A stretch of DNA of 64,000 nucleotides from Paraspadella gotoi (taxonomy: Eukaryota > Animalia > Chaetognatha). Position 1 is the first letter of the stretch; every line of letters starts with the position of its first letter. The notes beneath the pieces are model-generated. The model was not told the origin of the DNA and did no database searches. It was given only the letters and a program-made list of their open reading frames with translations. Of this stretch, positions 1 through 13,595 are shown piece after piece. Both the position numbers and the translations under genes were made by a program. The stretch lies in assembly GCA_051294375.1 (NCBI GenBank), contig JBJCIZ010000836.1, positions 1 through 64,000 of the forward strand, read 5' to 3'.

Positions 1-842
1 AGCCTCTTTTGATATGAAAGAAAAGTAGGTATAGTTAACAGTTTTTTATTTGGAGTGGGCATCAAAGTTTTAATATATTAGGAATCTACGTCTTCTTAGA
101 GATCGAGCAAGATCTTTTTTCAATGGAGATTTTCGTTCAAATCTGACTACAAACAATATAAACCTCCTGGTAAAAATTCTGGTAAAATATCGATGTAAAA
201 ACACTTGATTCCGATCCTGTTGCATCTGAAGGGCTCGCATTTTTTTTTTCTCTTGTCAAATCATCAACATCTTGATATCAACAAGCCAGAACAAATAGAC
301 TGCTTCTCGATGAAAAAATTTTCTATCTCTGATTTTATATAGAATAAAAGGGATTTTTTTTTCCTTGAAAACGATATAAACGTGACTGAGGTATGTTCCT
401 GTTCAACAAATGAGGTCCATTTTGGAATCCTTTGGCAAAGTGTCTGAAGGGCTTTCAAATTTTTCTTTAACATTTTATTTGGTTATTTTGATATGATACG
501 ATTATGGTAGTCCATTTTGGTGAAATTTTTATTTAAAGTAAAAGTAAAGAGGAGCTAACATCGAAATTCTAAGAGTTTTCACCGGGAGTCAGATTCGGGA
601 AAAATCTCTATGGCGAAAAATCTTCCAAAGAAGGGGTGGATTTCCGAAGATTTTGGTTAATATTTGTATACAGTAGCATCCGTCTAGAATTTCTGAGACG
701 ACAAGCTCTGTACTCGTGTAACAAATGATAATTTGGAAAGAGAGTTTTTGTCTTGTTATCGTGTATCATATGGCTACTCCCCTTTGGTAAGCCATTGCTC
801 TACGACCACTTTTGGGACATAGCAGTTATTGTAAAAGCTTAC

Positions 843-914
843 TTTGAGTGGGATTCGAATCCTACCATTCCATTCTCGTCGAAGACTTAGTTTTTAACCA
901 CTCGGCCATCTCGT
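843..914 (-). pseudogene. tRNA-Ser-like sequence inside the MITE, facing outward
   Basis: Minus strand reads ACGAGATGGCCGAGTGGTTAA (A box) ... GGATTCGAATCCCACT (B box). The acceptor stem does not pair. Confidence 0.6.
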
Positions 915-1736
915 TATTAAAAAAAAGAATTCAAAACCTCAATATAAATTTTGATTTTTCTTTTCTTTTTAGTCAGATCTGGAAAAAAAAATTCACTATT
1001 TGAACACCAATTACTCATGAGTGGATGGGGAGATTGACTTGAAATTTTGTATGTGGGTAGAAAAGTGTGTGATTAAACTGGAAATCAAGTTCGATGGAAT
1101 CGTCTGAGTGGAAATGAGTTTTAAATGGAAAAAAACAAAAAAACGTGTTTCACTAATTGATTATGCTTTTTATATTAAATATAAATGCAAGATGTATTAA
1201 TTAATCAATAATTAATCAGTTAATAATAAGTCAATTAATCAATAATTAATTAATCAGTCAATTAATTAATCAAAAACAAACATTTTGGTATCAAAATAAT
1301 TAATTAATTGCCTAATTAATTAATTAACTTGAAATTAATTATAATAATTAATTTACCGATAATGATCGTTTGAGCAGATCGACATGGTTTTGGCCTCAAA
1401 CTTCTGTTATATTACAACGTGTTATGATCTGTTAAGTCATAAATTTAAAGTCAGGAAAAACAAATTACCAGAAATTTATCATCGTATTAAAGCTTATTAC
1501 TGCTTAATTATTGTAGGCAGATCCTACATTGTTTGCTCAAATATGTTTTTATTCAGAATCGAAAACTTAGATTATTTCTTTTTTTCGAAAACGATTTCAT
1601 TCTCATTTCTCTCAATCCTTAGCCTATTTATTAATATTTGAGTACAATTAATGCAAACTAGTTAAAAAACACTTATAAAACATCTTAAAAGAAAGGGAAA
1701 AAGTTTCAACGTCGCTGCTTAAAGTATTTAACAATT

Positions 1737-1770
<34 letters not shown>

Positions 1771-1969
1771 TTAAAAATAAGCCAGATATTCAACTTTCTT
1801 CGTATTAATCGTCGTTGTTGCGACGTTCTGTCACAAATTCGGGAAACTTGGGACTCAGATGCGAAATCTCTGCCTCGATCGTTGAATTTTTGTTTTCCCC
1901 CAAAAAATTATAAAGCGAACCTACCAGCGATTTATATTAATTTAATTTGTACAAAATTTTATTGAAAAT

Positions 1970-2046
1970 CATTTGGCCGAGTGCTTAGCGCGCCGGAATT
2001 TCAATGTTTACCCAAAGGTTTCAGGTTTTCAAATCTGGCTGAAGCA
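1970..2046 (+). pseudogene. Second, different tRNA-like sequence inside the MITE, facing outward
   Basis: TTGGCCGAGTGCTTAGCGCG (A-box-like) ... GGTTTTCAAATCTGG (B-box-like). A cleaner copy lies at 20307-20382. Confidence 0.45.
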
Positions 2047-2312
2047 TCTTTTTACACTAAGTTTCTGATGTCCCAAAAAATTGGTCGTAGAGCAAATGCT
2101 TACGAAGGGGGAGTAGCAATAGTGTACTCGATATCAAGACAAAAGCTTTCTTTAAAATTCTCATTTGTACTCGATGTTACAGAGCTTGCCGTTCCCTCCC
2201 AGAAATTTAGATGGATGCTACTGTCTATTATGGTGGATTTTTGAAACTTAATATTAACAATTATTTCCATCATTCTACCTTATGGCCGGTATAAGAAATA
2301 TATTAAAAAAAA

Positions 2313-4408
2313 TCTTAAAAAGCATAAGGATCAAGCCATGATGATAGTCATTCATTGATGCGTGATATGTCAGTTTTCATTCATCGTAAATAAAACAAAC
2401 AAATGCGTGTATGAGTGAAGAGAGAGAGAGAGAGAGAAGATGAGAGATGGCTTGGACAGTTTTCCGCCAACGAAACGCCAATCAGAATTTTTTAGGGAAA
2501 AAATCCACGAAAATCTCGCGATGTAAAATTGGGAATTTTGTTATGGAGAAAAAAAGCGCGTAATAAATGGCGCATAATAAAAGTTTTTAGAAGGAAAAAA
2601 AAAAGGAGAGATGGAGAGAGAAGAGAGAGGAGAGCTGGCCGACCGCCGACTGGACACAAAGACAACGCTGCAGAGCTGAACTCATTTTCCGACGAATATG
2701 AGTAGGACGAACTCTTTTCCTGTTCAATAAAAAAAATATTACAAAAATAAATATTGGTATAGAGCCATTATAAGAAATTTTTTTGTACATTGAAAGGTAA
2801 ACTTAAAAATGCATAAATTTTCTTTGAGCATGTTCCCACACTAAATTTTGATTCACCCCATGAGAGGCTACCCTATTCGAGAAAAAAAAATACTTGATAA
2901 AGCTAAACTCTTTTCAATATAATTTGATCCAAAAATTATAATCCTATTAACAAAATATATAGTTTTTGAAAATTACTTCAGTTAACGACTAAGATATTTT
3001 TGGACTCAATATTTTTTTTCCTCATTTTAAAAATTTTAATCTGAATGAAATTTTTGATTGTTCTTTTTTTAGCGAAGAAACCAGACCGAGGTCCAAATTT
3101 TATATTTGCATATTTAATTAATTTATAAATAGTTATCACAACCCAAATAATTATTATTTTTTAAAAAAAAGATAAAAATGATTAAATATATACACTAAAT
3201 AATATTTATAATTTAATGAATAGTATAAATTATCAGAATAACAAAAAAAAAAGTTAATGTTTAATTTGGACTATATCTTCCTTATCAACTCCTATTTTAG
3301 ATATAATTTTGCCAAATAGTGCGGCAACCGTCAAAGTTTACAATAATAAATAAATACAAATTTTTTTTTTTAAATGTAATGCATATTGTTAATACTGTTT
3401 TTGGTATTAATAAAAAAAAAAAAATTAAAAAAAAAAAAAAAAAAAATATTGTCGGGAAAGTGCTGCATTATATAAATAAGTCCACATTAGCTGATTTACA
3501 TGGACAAGCATGTTCAACTATAAGTCTATTCTTCCACTTTTTTTTAAAATGTATCCACGAAAATCTCGGATTGTAAATTTGCGGATTTGTATGAGAAAAA
3601 AGCCCCGAAATAAAAGTTTTGAGAAAAAAACATAATCATAAATTTTTCAAAAAAAAGAACGATCACGCAAGAAGATCGTTTAAAGATGAGAAAGAGAAGG
3701 AAAGAGAAAGAGAAAGAAAGAGAGACAAAGCTGGACAGCTTTTTTTTTTATTTTTTTTTATTAATAAATGAACTAAACATAAGAAACATAAAAAATAACG
3801 TTTTTCAAGAATAAAAGATAAAATAAAAAGAAAGGCCAAAAAAAAACATGGAAATTTTTCCATTTTTTTCAACAATCGCCAGGCTTGTAAGATAATTTGT
3901 ATTATATAAAGATATAGCTTCTCATAAAAAAGTTTACCTATTAGAGATTTAAAAAAAAATATTTCATCTTCTTATACCAAATGTAAATCATTTCTATATA
4001 CTAATTTGGAATTGATAATGAGTACTAAAATTCCTCATTTTCATATTGCATGTAAATCATAATGAAGTGGAAATTCAAACAAAAATACTTAAATCCAAAT
4101 ATAATAAGAAAATATCAAAGCTATTTCAAGATTGAGAAGCCTATCTAATTTTTAACTTACTAGAATGCACACTTTTAAACTTATCATAATTCATAATAAT
4201 TTTATTTTTTTAAAAAAAACGTAAGTCACAGCCAAACCTATTAAACCGTAGTAGTTTTTAATTTAAAACAGCGTGACGGCGACGAACGACGACGACGACG
4301 GACGACGCCGACGACGATGACGGACGACGACGACCGGCGACTACGTCACAAAGAAGCTCACCCGAATCAATATCAAGCCTAAACCGCTTCGCCGGTCATT
4401 GGCTTGAT
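2313..4408 (-). mobile_element. HINE-like non-autonomous element, family B (GTC microsatellite)
   Basis: Noisy reverse complement of 6402-9002, with the same 5' hairpin, (GTC)n tract and 3' end GGCTTGAT-CCTTATGCTTTTAAGAT. Confidence 0.65.
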
Positions 4409-4533
4409 AAAAACCTTGGGCTTTGTTCGTCAGAGCCTTAGTTCCTAAAGTATTACATTAACATCAGTATATTTGTTAAGGTTAGTAGATTTCTTCTATA
4501 GATTTTTTTAATTTTGAGAACGTTACTCTTTTT

Positions 4534-5930
4534 ATCGAGCCTTGACCGTGCGAAGCGGTCGGCTCTATAATGTTTAGGGTGCTTTTTTTGTGACGTAGTC
4601 GTCGTCGTCGTCGTCGTCGTTTGTCGTCGTCGTCGTCACGCTGTTTTCATATATAAAAACTACTACGCTTTTATAGTTGTGTGATACCTAAATAAAAATT
4701 ATTATGACATTATTCTAAAGTTTTACAAAAGTGTGCGATCATAGTAATAAAATAAAAATAGGCTTTTCATCTTGAAAATAGCTGTGAATATTTTCATATT
4801 ACATTTGGATTTAAATTATTTTTGTTTTGAATTTATCCACTTCATTATGATTTACTGCCATATGCAATGAGATTAAAGTACTATTATAATTCCAAATTTA
4901 GTATATAGAAGATGCTGTTTAATCTTAATTTACATATTGCAGTATATAATTATTTGAAGATGAAATTAAAAAATTTGTTTTAATTTTTAATAAAAATGGG
5001 AAACTCAAAGGATTTTTTAATGAGAAGCTAATTCTAATTTTAATACAAATAAAAATAAATTCTTTTTACAAGCTTTGCGATGGAAAAATGGGAAAAATTC
5101 CAAATTGTAAACAATTGTAACATATTTTTGCCTTTCTTTTATTTTCTTTAAAATTGAATATATAATTTTTTCTTTTTTAGAAAAAAAAAAAAAAAAAAAT
5201 TTTAGAAAAGAAAAAAGAAAAAGAAAGAAAAAAAAAATTTTTAGAAAAGACGAGTTCAGGGCTCTGCAGTTGGACTGTACAAGCGGGCCTTCCAGCAGCT
5301 GTCCAGCTTTGTCTCTCTTTCTCTCTTTTTCCTCGGTACGATCTCAGCTGATCGTTTTCGTTTTTTTAAAAATTCTGATTATTTTTTTCCTTCTTTTAAA
5401 ACTTTTATTATTTCGCCATTTATTCCGCGCTTTTTTTATACAAAATCCTAAATTTAATCCGAGATTCCTGGATAACATTTTAGAAAAGTGAAGAATAACT
5501 TATAACGAATTCCGCCTCTGCAGCGTCTGTTCAGCTTCTTTCTTCTCTCTCTCTCTCTCTCTTTCTTCTCTCTCTTTCTCTCCTCTCTCTCTATCTTTCT
5601 CTCTCTCTTCTCCTCTCTCTCTCTCCCTTTCTCTCTCTCCTATTTTTTTTTAGTCACTTTTTTTTCACCACGTCACTGGCGACGAGTAAACGATCATGTA
5701 AAACAGTTCCGGCCTCTGCAGCCGTTCCTGTTCAGCTTTTCTTCTCTCTCTTTCTCTTTTCTGTACTCTTTCTCTCTTTGCGTGACGTTCGTTTTTTAAA
5801 AAATTATGATTATTTTTTTTACTTCTTAAAACTTTTATTATAACCATTTATTCTCGATACAAAATCCCAAAATTTACATTCCGAGTTTTCTTTGGGATAC
5901 ATTGAGAAAAAAGTGAATAATAACTTATAA
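4534..5930 (+). mobile_element. HINE-like family B, 3'-truncated copy
   Basis: T-run followed by ATCGAGCCTTGACCG...GGCTC and (GTC)n. The body is shared with the 6402 and 26007 copies. The right end is approximate. Confidence 0.55.
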
Positions 5931-6401
5931 TGCCCATGCAATGTCACATGAGTTCTGCTAATTGAAGGTAGGCAATTATCTTCCTTACATAAAGAACAAT
6001 TCTAAAATTTCATTCCAAGATTAAAATTTTTGTTAAAATCGAGGAAATAAAATTTTTTTTTGATAAGTAAAAAAAATTTTGCGAAGTCAAAAATATCATA
6101 GTCGGTTTAAACTGGAGTATTTCAACTATATATTTTGTTAATAGGAGATTAGTAATTTTTTGACCGTTAGTTATTGAAAATAGTTTAGCCTTATAGCGAC
6201 GAGTTTTCATTTCATACAATCAATATCAATTCTTCATTAATTTTCAATAATATGCAAAAAAAAATAAGGTTTTTCAACCTCATTTTGAAACTAGATGAAC
6301 AAAAGACTTCAGTCTTTTTCAATTGGAAAAAAAAAATAGAACTTAATTGATAGCTTAATCACATCTAATAATACAAATTTATTTTATCACGCCTCTTTTT
6401 T

Positions 6402-7226
6402 ATCAAGCCATGACCGGCGAAGCCGGTTCAGGCTTGATATTCATTCGGGTGAGCTTCTTTGTGACGTAGTCGTCGTTGTCGTCGTCGTCGTCGTCCGTCA
6501 CGCTGTTTTTCTATATAAAAACTATACGCTTTTATAGTTTGGCTGTTGACTTACCGTTTTTTTTAAAATTAAAAATTATTATGAATTATGATAAAGTTTT
6601 ACAATCGTGCATTCATAGTAAGTTTAAAAATTTAGATATTTGGCTCTTCATCTTGAATAGCTTTGATATTTTCTTATACATTTGGATTTAAGTTATTTAT
6701 TATTATTATTTATTATTGAGATTATAGTACTCATTATCATATCCAAATTAGTATATAGAAATGCTTTAATCTAATTTACATATTGCAGCTATATAAATTG
6801 AAGAGAAATTCAAAAATTTTTTTAAATCTCTAATAAAAATGGGAACTCAAAAAATAACTTTTAATGAGAAAGCTATATCTTAATTTTAATTTACAAAATA
6901 AAATAAGATCTTTTACAAGCTGCGATTTTGGAAAAAATTTTGCGAAAAATTTAAATTGTAAACCATTGTAACATTTTTTGCCTTTCTTTTATTTCTTTTA
7001 AATTATACAGTATTATTTTTTTTTCTTTTCTTTTTCTGCGTTAGTGTCTTTTGTTTTTTATTTGAATTTCAATACATAGTAGTTTCCAGTTCTTTTTACA
7101 CTGTTTACTGTTTATGATTTATGTCAATACTGTTTCTTTATTCTTTTATTCTTTTTATTTCAGAAAAAACGAGTTCCAGTTTCTGCATGACTGTACAGCG
7201 GCTTCAAGCAGCTGTCCAGCTTTTTC

Positions 7227-7257
<31 letters not shown>

Positions 7258-8844
7258 ATTGAAAAATTCTTGATTATGTTTTTCTTTCTAAAAAACATAT
7301 ATATTTGAATCAGGCGCTGCTTTTTCTGAAATCGTTTAAAAAACGAGTTTCAGGCTCTCTCTCTCTCTCTCCCTCCCTGTCTCCCTCCCTCTCTCTTCTT
7401 CTCTCTCTCTCTTCTCCTCTCTCTTTTTTTTACAAAAAAAAAAATATTCACTTTTACCACAATTTTTTTGAAAATCTTATTATTTTTTCTTTCTAAAAAC
7501 TTTTATTATTCGCCATTTATTGCGCTTCTTCTCAATACAAAATCCCAAAATTTAAAAAAAAAAAAAATTCTCTCTCTCTCTCTCTTTCTTTTCTGTCTTC
7601 TTTCTGTCTTCTTTCTCTCTTACGATCTCTTGCGTGATCGTTCTTTTTTTTGAAAAAATCTATGATTATTGTTTTTCTTTCTTAAAACTTTATTCGGGGC
7701 TTTTTTCTTCAATACAAAATCCCAAATTTAACCATCGAGATTTTCGTGGAACATTTTTAAAAAAGTGAAAGAATAATTATTTTGACATGGCCATTGTCAC
7801 ATATAAATTCAAGCCTAATGTTGACTTATTTATATGCAGCACTTTCGCGAACCAATATGCATTACATTTTAAAAAAAATTTAAATTTGTATTATTGATTA
7901 TTGTAACTTTGACCGGTTGGCCCACTATTGGCAAATTATATCTAAAATAGGAGTTTGATTAAGAGAGATATAGTCAAATTAAACCATTACTTTTTTTTTG
8001 TTATTTGATAATTATTATACTATTATTAAATTTATAAATTATTTTAGTGTATATATTTATCATTTTTATCTTTTTTTTAAAATAATATTATTTGAGTTGT
8101 GATAAACTATTTTATAAATAATTAAATATGCAAATATAAAAAATTTGACCTCGGGTTCTGGTTTCTTTCCTTAAAAAAGAACAATAAAATTTCATTCAAG
8201 ATTTAAATTTTAAAATGAGGAATAAAATTTTTTTTTGATAAGTTAAAAAAAAATTGGGAAGTCAAAAATATCATAGTCGTTAACTGGTATTTCAACTATA
8301 TATGTTAATAGGGATTATTTAATTTTTGGATCATTATTATGAAAAGAGGTTTAGTTTTTTTTCTTCTGAATAGGGGGTAGCCCCTCTCAATGGTGTGAAA
8401 ATCAAAAATTATAGTATGGGAAACATGCTCAAACGAAAATTTATTGCATTTTTTAAGTTTACTTTCAATGCTACAAAAAATTCTTATATGGCTCTATACC
8501 AAATAATTTATTTTGTAATATTTTATATAGAAAGGGAAAAGAGGTTCGTCCGCTTACTCATATTCTGGAAAATTTAGTTCAGCTCTGCAGCGGAGGTCCA
8601 GCGGCGGTCCAGCGGCTGTCCAGTCTTCTCTCTCTCTCTTCTCTCTCTCTCTCTTTCTCTCTTTCTTTTTTTCTTCTAAAAACTTTTATTATCGCCATTT
8701 ATTCCGCGTTTTCTCAATACAAAATTCCAAATTTACATCCGAGATTTTCGTGGATTTTTTGCCTAAAAATTCTGATTATTTCTTATATAAAACGAGAGAG
8801 ACCATATATAGAGAGATATATATTGGCGGGAAAAACTGGTCCAG

Positions 8845-8884
<40 letters not shown>

Positions 8885-9002
8885 ACTCATACACGATTTG
8901 TTTGTTTTATTTACGATGAATGATTCATCGCGTCAATGGAATGACTATCATCGCATCAATGAATGACTATCATCATGGCTTGATTCCTTTATGCTTTTAA
9001 GA
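6402..9002 (+). mobile_element. HINE-like (Helentron-associated, DINE-1-type) element, family B, apparently full length
   Basis: Sits in a T-run. The 5' subterminal repeat ATCAAGCC has a nearby inverted copy (GGCTTGAT) around the ACCGGCGAAGCCGGT hairpin, followed by a (GTC)n microsatellite. The 3' subTIR GGCTTGAT is followed by the short hairpin CTTA-TGCTTT-TAAG and a T-run. Confidence 0.7.
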
Positions 9003-9189
9003 TTTTTCTTAATACAAAAATCCCAAATTTATTTCCGAGATTTTCTGGATTTTTATTTTTTTCCTTCTAAAAACTTTTATTATTTATTATTTCTCTCTAT
9101 ATTTCTCTTCTCAATCAACACTATGTCGCTTCTCTCTGCTCTCTCTCTCTCTCTCTCTCTTTCTTCTCTCTCTAATTAACTCATCACGT

Positions 9190-9290
9190 CAATGAATGAC
9201 TAGCATCGCATCAATGAATGACTATCATCGCATCATGATAATGATTATTCATTCGCATCCAATGAATGACTATCCATCGCATCCATCATT
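9190..9290 (+). repeat. ~22-bp tandem repeat ATGAATGACTATCATCGCATCA from the HINE-B 3' region
   Basis: Several degenerate units here and at 8915-8975. A second HINE-B 3' end follows at ~9362-9386. Confidence 0.6.
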
Positions 9291-10278
9291 TTGCGTTATG
9301 GCATGCGCATCAATCCTTCTGGTTATCATCGGCATCAATATTTGGTTATTCATCAAAAGTAGGCTCGATTCCTTATGCTTTTAAGATTTTTTTCTATAAT
9401 TTTTTGACACGCAAAACGTTTCTTTGATTACGCGAAGGAGAATGTAAAAAATTAAAAATAAATAGTACCAATAGTTAGAGTTATGTCTAGAATAGATGAA
9501 AAAAAAACCTCGTTTAAAAATTTGATCGGGAAGTGGGGTAACTAAGGCTTACCAACGGTATCCTCCATGCTGATCGTTCTCTCTAATAATTTTTTTAATT
9601 TAATACATTTGAAAGGGAAAAAAAGAAAATTCAGAATGCAGGTGGCATAAATGGTAGAGATAATCTGTATATAGTGACATGATAATAATGACCTTTTATG
9701 TCTTGCGTAATGGGGGCAGTAAAGAAACCTAAAAAATTAAATCATTAAGTCAGTCAATGAACCCTTTCCTATCGGCTATTCCGCAAAAATTTTTTTCTTA
9801 ATTAAAATGGATGATAAATAATAGAATTAAATTCCCTGTATAAAGGTTGTTATATTTAAAGGAAAATTATCAAATAAGTCAGCAGCTAAGTAATTTGTTA
9901 AAATTTTATTATGATAAACAAGCAGTATATCAAGCTTTTTCTTTGCTGTTGAATATAATGAAAAATGAAGATTTTTATTCACAGACAAGAAGGGAGACGT
10001 CCAGACTGTTTATATCCAGCTGAAAACATCTTTGTATTTATCATTTTTCATATTTAAAAAGACATTTTATCAAGCTACTACAACAATTTTTGCTTGTTAT
10101 TTACTTTAACTGAAAAATACAAGCAAATTTATACAGTAGAGAAAATTTAATGATAATCAAAATGTAATTCAGACTTTCCTCTTTCAAATTACAAAAGAAA
10201 AATAAAAAATTTCATATGACTTCATTGAAATTTGTAACGCAAAAAACTGTTATAATTTTAACTCGTGTAAGCTTTTAA

Positions 10279-11539
10279 GGCCTGGGATCATTCAAACAAG
10301 AATTGCATAAAGCTATGTAAAATTTATTATTATGTCAAAGAAAGTGTATTCCCTTCACGTTTCAAAAAAAAACTCTAAATTTGATTAAGGTTCAGCTTCA
10401 AGAGGCAACTAAAAATCGGGCAATTTTTTTATCAGTAAACCTTAAAAATTTCATCAAACATGGTAAAGTTATTTTTAAACGCAAATTTTAAATTTTTTTT
10501 TCAATTTAACAGCACCTACCTCAGTGTAATACTAACAACTAAAACCAAGTCATTCCATTTATGTTATAGAATCAATTAATGATGAAAACATAAACATTTA
10601 TGTAGAGAGAGAGCAGAACGCTTATATGAGGATGTCTATTATCATTTTATTACAAAAAAGAATGATTAAAAATTATAAAATTGTAAAATTCAAAGACATT
10701 CGTCCCCTGCATCTTGAAGTTGGGTCCACTTTGATAACAACCCTCAATGGTGCCATAGACTGCCACAGATTCCACAGACAGACCAGCCTCATGCTCTGCT
10801 TTTGACATTTAGTTTCTGTTCCCCAGGTTCAAAACTGGTTCAAAACAAGACTGAGAAAAAAAATAAATAAACAGCATTCCTCCTTGTTTACTGACTGCTT
10901 TCCCCAGCCACAGCCATTTGTTAATTTAAAAAAAATTGTACAAAAATTTGGATAAAACTTTAAAGATCGTTAAAGCCATCATTTAAACTAGAATGATGAA
11001 ATAGATTTCGGAAAAGCGTATCGATTTTAAAGTTCTTTGCTCGACTTTTCAGTTCTGTAAAATCTACAGAAAAAAAAAAAAAATAAAAAATAAATAAACA
11101 AAAAGGATTGGAGCTAAACCGTTTGAAATAAAAATAAACTAAAATTATTTTTTATAAGTATGGAAAGGTGGGAGAAATTCTATAAGAGGGATTTTGGAAA
11201 ATGTTACTAGTTTTCAAGATATTTGCCAAAATTTTTCTTATTCTTTTTTTTTCTTATGAAGATAAGTGAATTTGAAAAAATCCCTCTCATAGAATTGGGA
11301 CCCTTGTCCTCAAGTAAATTTATGTAAAATTTCATGAAAATCCCTTTAGCCGTTTGGGCCGCAACTCTTCCGAAAGGTTTCTTTTATTTTATATAGTATT
11401 ATAAAATTCAAAAAAAACAGCAATGGATTCGAAAGAGAAGATAAAGTGAATACATTTTAAGAATCACTGGACCTCTACTTTTCGAAATACAAGCTTTATT
11501 TAATCCTAATTATAACTTTTGGCCAGTCGATCCCAGGCC
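10279..11539 (+). mobile_element. Non-autonomous TTAA-targeting DNA transposon (Kolobok-like GG..CC termini)
   Basis: TTAA|GGCCTGGGATC ... GATCCCAGGCC|TTAA. A near-identical copy with different flanks lies at 44412-45677. Confidence 0.8.
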
Positions 11540-11650
11540 TTAAGCTGTGTTAAAGATTATAGATTGTGTTAATCCTTTTCGGCTTCGTTGAGTATAGAGA
11601 TTTAACAAAGTTGGGAAATATTTTCGTCAACGATTTTTATTCATTAATAT

Positions 11651-11692
11651 ACGGACATGTTTCGATTCTTCATTTCGGGTCTTCATCAGCGT
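11651..11692 (-). ncRNA. Minimal type I hammerhead motif (degenerate stem II)
   Basis: Minus strand reads ACG-CTGATGA-A-GACCC..GAATC-GAAAC-ATGTC-CGT. Confidence 0.5.
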
Positions 11693-11889
11693 TGAGTGAT
11701 GCATTTACAAATTTGTGTTAAAAGAAGGGAGGAGAGAGAGAGAGAGAGAGAGAAAGAGAGTGAGAGAAAGAGAGAGAGGGCTAAAAGTTTCCAACACAGA
11801 GATAGTGGTTAACGAATGAGTACAGTTTGAGTTGAGGACAGATCAGTTGTTGAAAAGAAGTGAAATGGTCAATTGGTGATAAAGAGAGA

Positions 11890-11941
<52 letters not shown>

Positions 11942-12418
11942 AGGGAGAGACAAAATAATACATGTAATGTACAACAAGGAATAAGTTTAAACTAATGGTG
12001 AATTTAACAATTATTCTAATAATAAATAGTAATGAAAGGAAAGAAAGTTTTTAAATGTGAAGTGATATATTTTTGTGAGGGATAGATAAGTGACTGTTAA
12101 AGTGAAAAATTAAGAATTAAGTAAGTTTCACATTAGTTTAAACTTATTCCTTGTTGTACATTACATAATATATTATTTTGTCTCTCCCTGTTTCTCTCTC
12201 TCTCTCTCCCTCTGTCTCTCTCTCTCTCTCTTTCACCAATTGACCATTTCACTTCTTTTCACAACTGATCTGTCCTCAACTCAAACTGTACTCATTCTTT
12301 AACCACTATCTCTGTGTTGGAAACTTTGAGCCCTCTCTCTCTTTCTCTCACTCTCACTCTCTCTCTCTCTCTCTCTCTCCCTCCCTTCTTTTACACAAAT
12401 TTGTAAATGCATCACTAA

Positions 12419-12460
12419 ATGCTGATGAAGACTCGAAATGAAGAGTCGAAACATGTCCGT
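12419..12460 (+). ncRNA. Minimal type I hammerhead ribozyme motif
   Basis: ATG-CTGATGA-A-GACTC(gaaatgaa)GAGTC-GAAAC-AT-GTC-CGT. It has an intact core, a 5-bp stem II, the palindromic ACATGT stem III, a GUC triplet and a 3-bp stem I. Confidence 0.7.
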
Positions 12461-13595
12461 ATATTAATGAATACAAATCGTTGACGAAAATATTTCCAAA
12501 CTTTGTTAAAGATTTATAGATATAATTTAACAAAACTATTTTAGAAATGTGTCCCATGATTAGGACTTTAATTTGATACCACACCCACCTTGCTACCTCT
12601 TTTTTTTCAAAAGATATTCAAGAAAATAACTTTTTTTACTACTGTTTTGCATCTTGCAGTTTCTTTTTAAACAACCTTACTTTTGGCCTTAAAAATGTCT
12701 AGTGGGGATTGTTTAAAACTTTTTAAATTTTGTCCAATGATAATATTATATCACTCCACAAAATTAAATAGCATGTGATTTAAAAAACAGTTTTTGTCTG
12801 TTTCATACAGAATTTTTAATACTAGTAATTTTTGGATTTTGTTAAAAGTAAGTAAAAATAGCAGTCAGTATTACTAAAAATAAAAAAATTTATAAAATTA
12901 TTATAATTGAGAAGGATACAACTGACCAGTAGCTTTTAAAATCATCATGAACAATTAATTAAAAATTATGTTTATTATGCTAAAAAAAATTCAAAGTTAT
13001 AATTTTTTTCATATATTTAATTTTATAAATTATTTATTTTCTATGTCAAAAAATAATAATAATAAACTTACTGTATATGTATTCGAAGGCCTATGTTAGG
13101 TAGGTAAGTCCCTTATAATAAAATTTTTTTTCCATTCATTTGGCATAGTTATAATTTTTTTAAATTTAAATTATTTGAAAAAAAATTAAAATAATATTTT
13201 AATAAAGAAAAATTAATTACAAATAAACTATTAAAGATAAAATAAAGGTTATGGACTCAAACGAAAGGAAATTGTTTATAAATTATGGATGATGCATAAT
13301 ATTTTCATTTTTAAAAGAATTTAAACCATTTTTTATTTTTTTTATTCTACTTTACTGATTTTATATAGCTAATTTGAATATTAATTTATAAAAAAACTGT
13401 CATTAGGAAAAATTTGATTACCATTTTTTTGTGTAGCCTAAAGGTCCGGAAACGTATCCCGGGACATCTCATTCTTGTGCACTCCATGCCGATTAAATCG
13501 ATGTAAAAAGGAATTTAGTTTCGGTAAAATTGCCAGATATATAGTAGGTATTACCTACCTATTAGGGCGTTGAAAAATAACGAAATATAACAAAT

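Larger units (their letters stand above)
671..2223. mobile_element. Non-autonomous Tc1/mariner-pogo-type MITE with ~170-bp TIRs, carrying a nested HINE
   Basis: Begins TA|CAGTAGCATCCGTCTAGAATTTCTGAGACG and ends ...AAATTTAGATGGATGCTACTG. Its flanks are contiguous in another copy of the host repeat near 30510-30545 (empty site). A reverse-complement copy lies at 20139-21864. Confidence 0.75.
11601..12510. mobile_element. Penelope-like element remnant: inverted pseudo-LTR pair (~400-bp arms)
   Basis: 11601-12005 is the reverse complement of 12123-12510, and each arm carries a minimal hammerhead motif. Related sequence occurs at 35710-36130. Confidence 0.65.

Noticed and set aside
2313-9002. A single giant palindrome or assembly fold-back
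   Set aside because: It is better explained as two oppositely oriented HINE-B copies, each with its own termini and with unrelated sequence between them. The left copy is noisy, so an artefact is not fully excluded.
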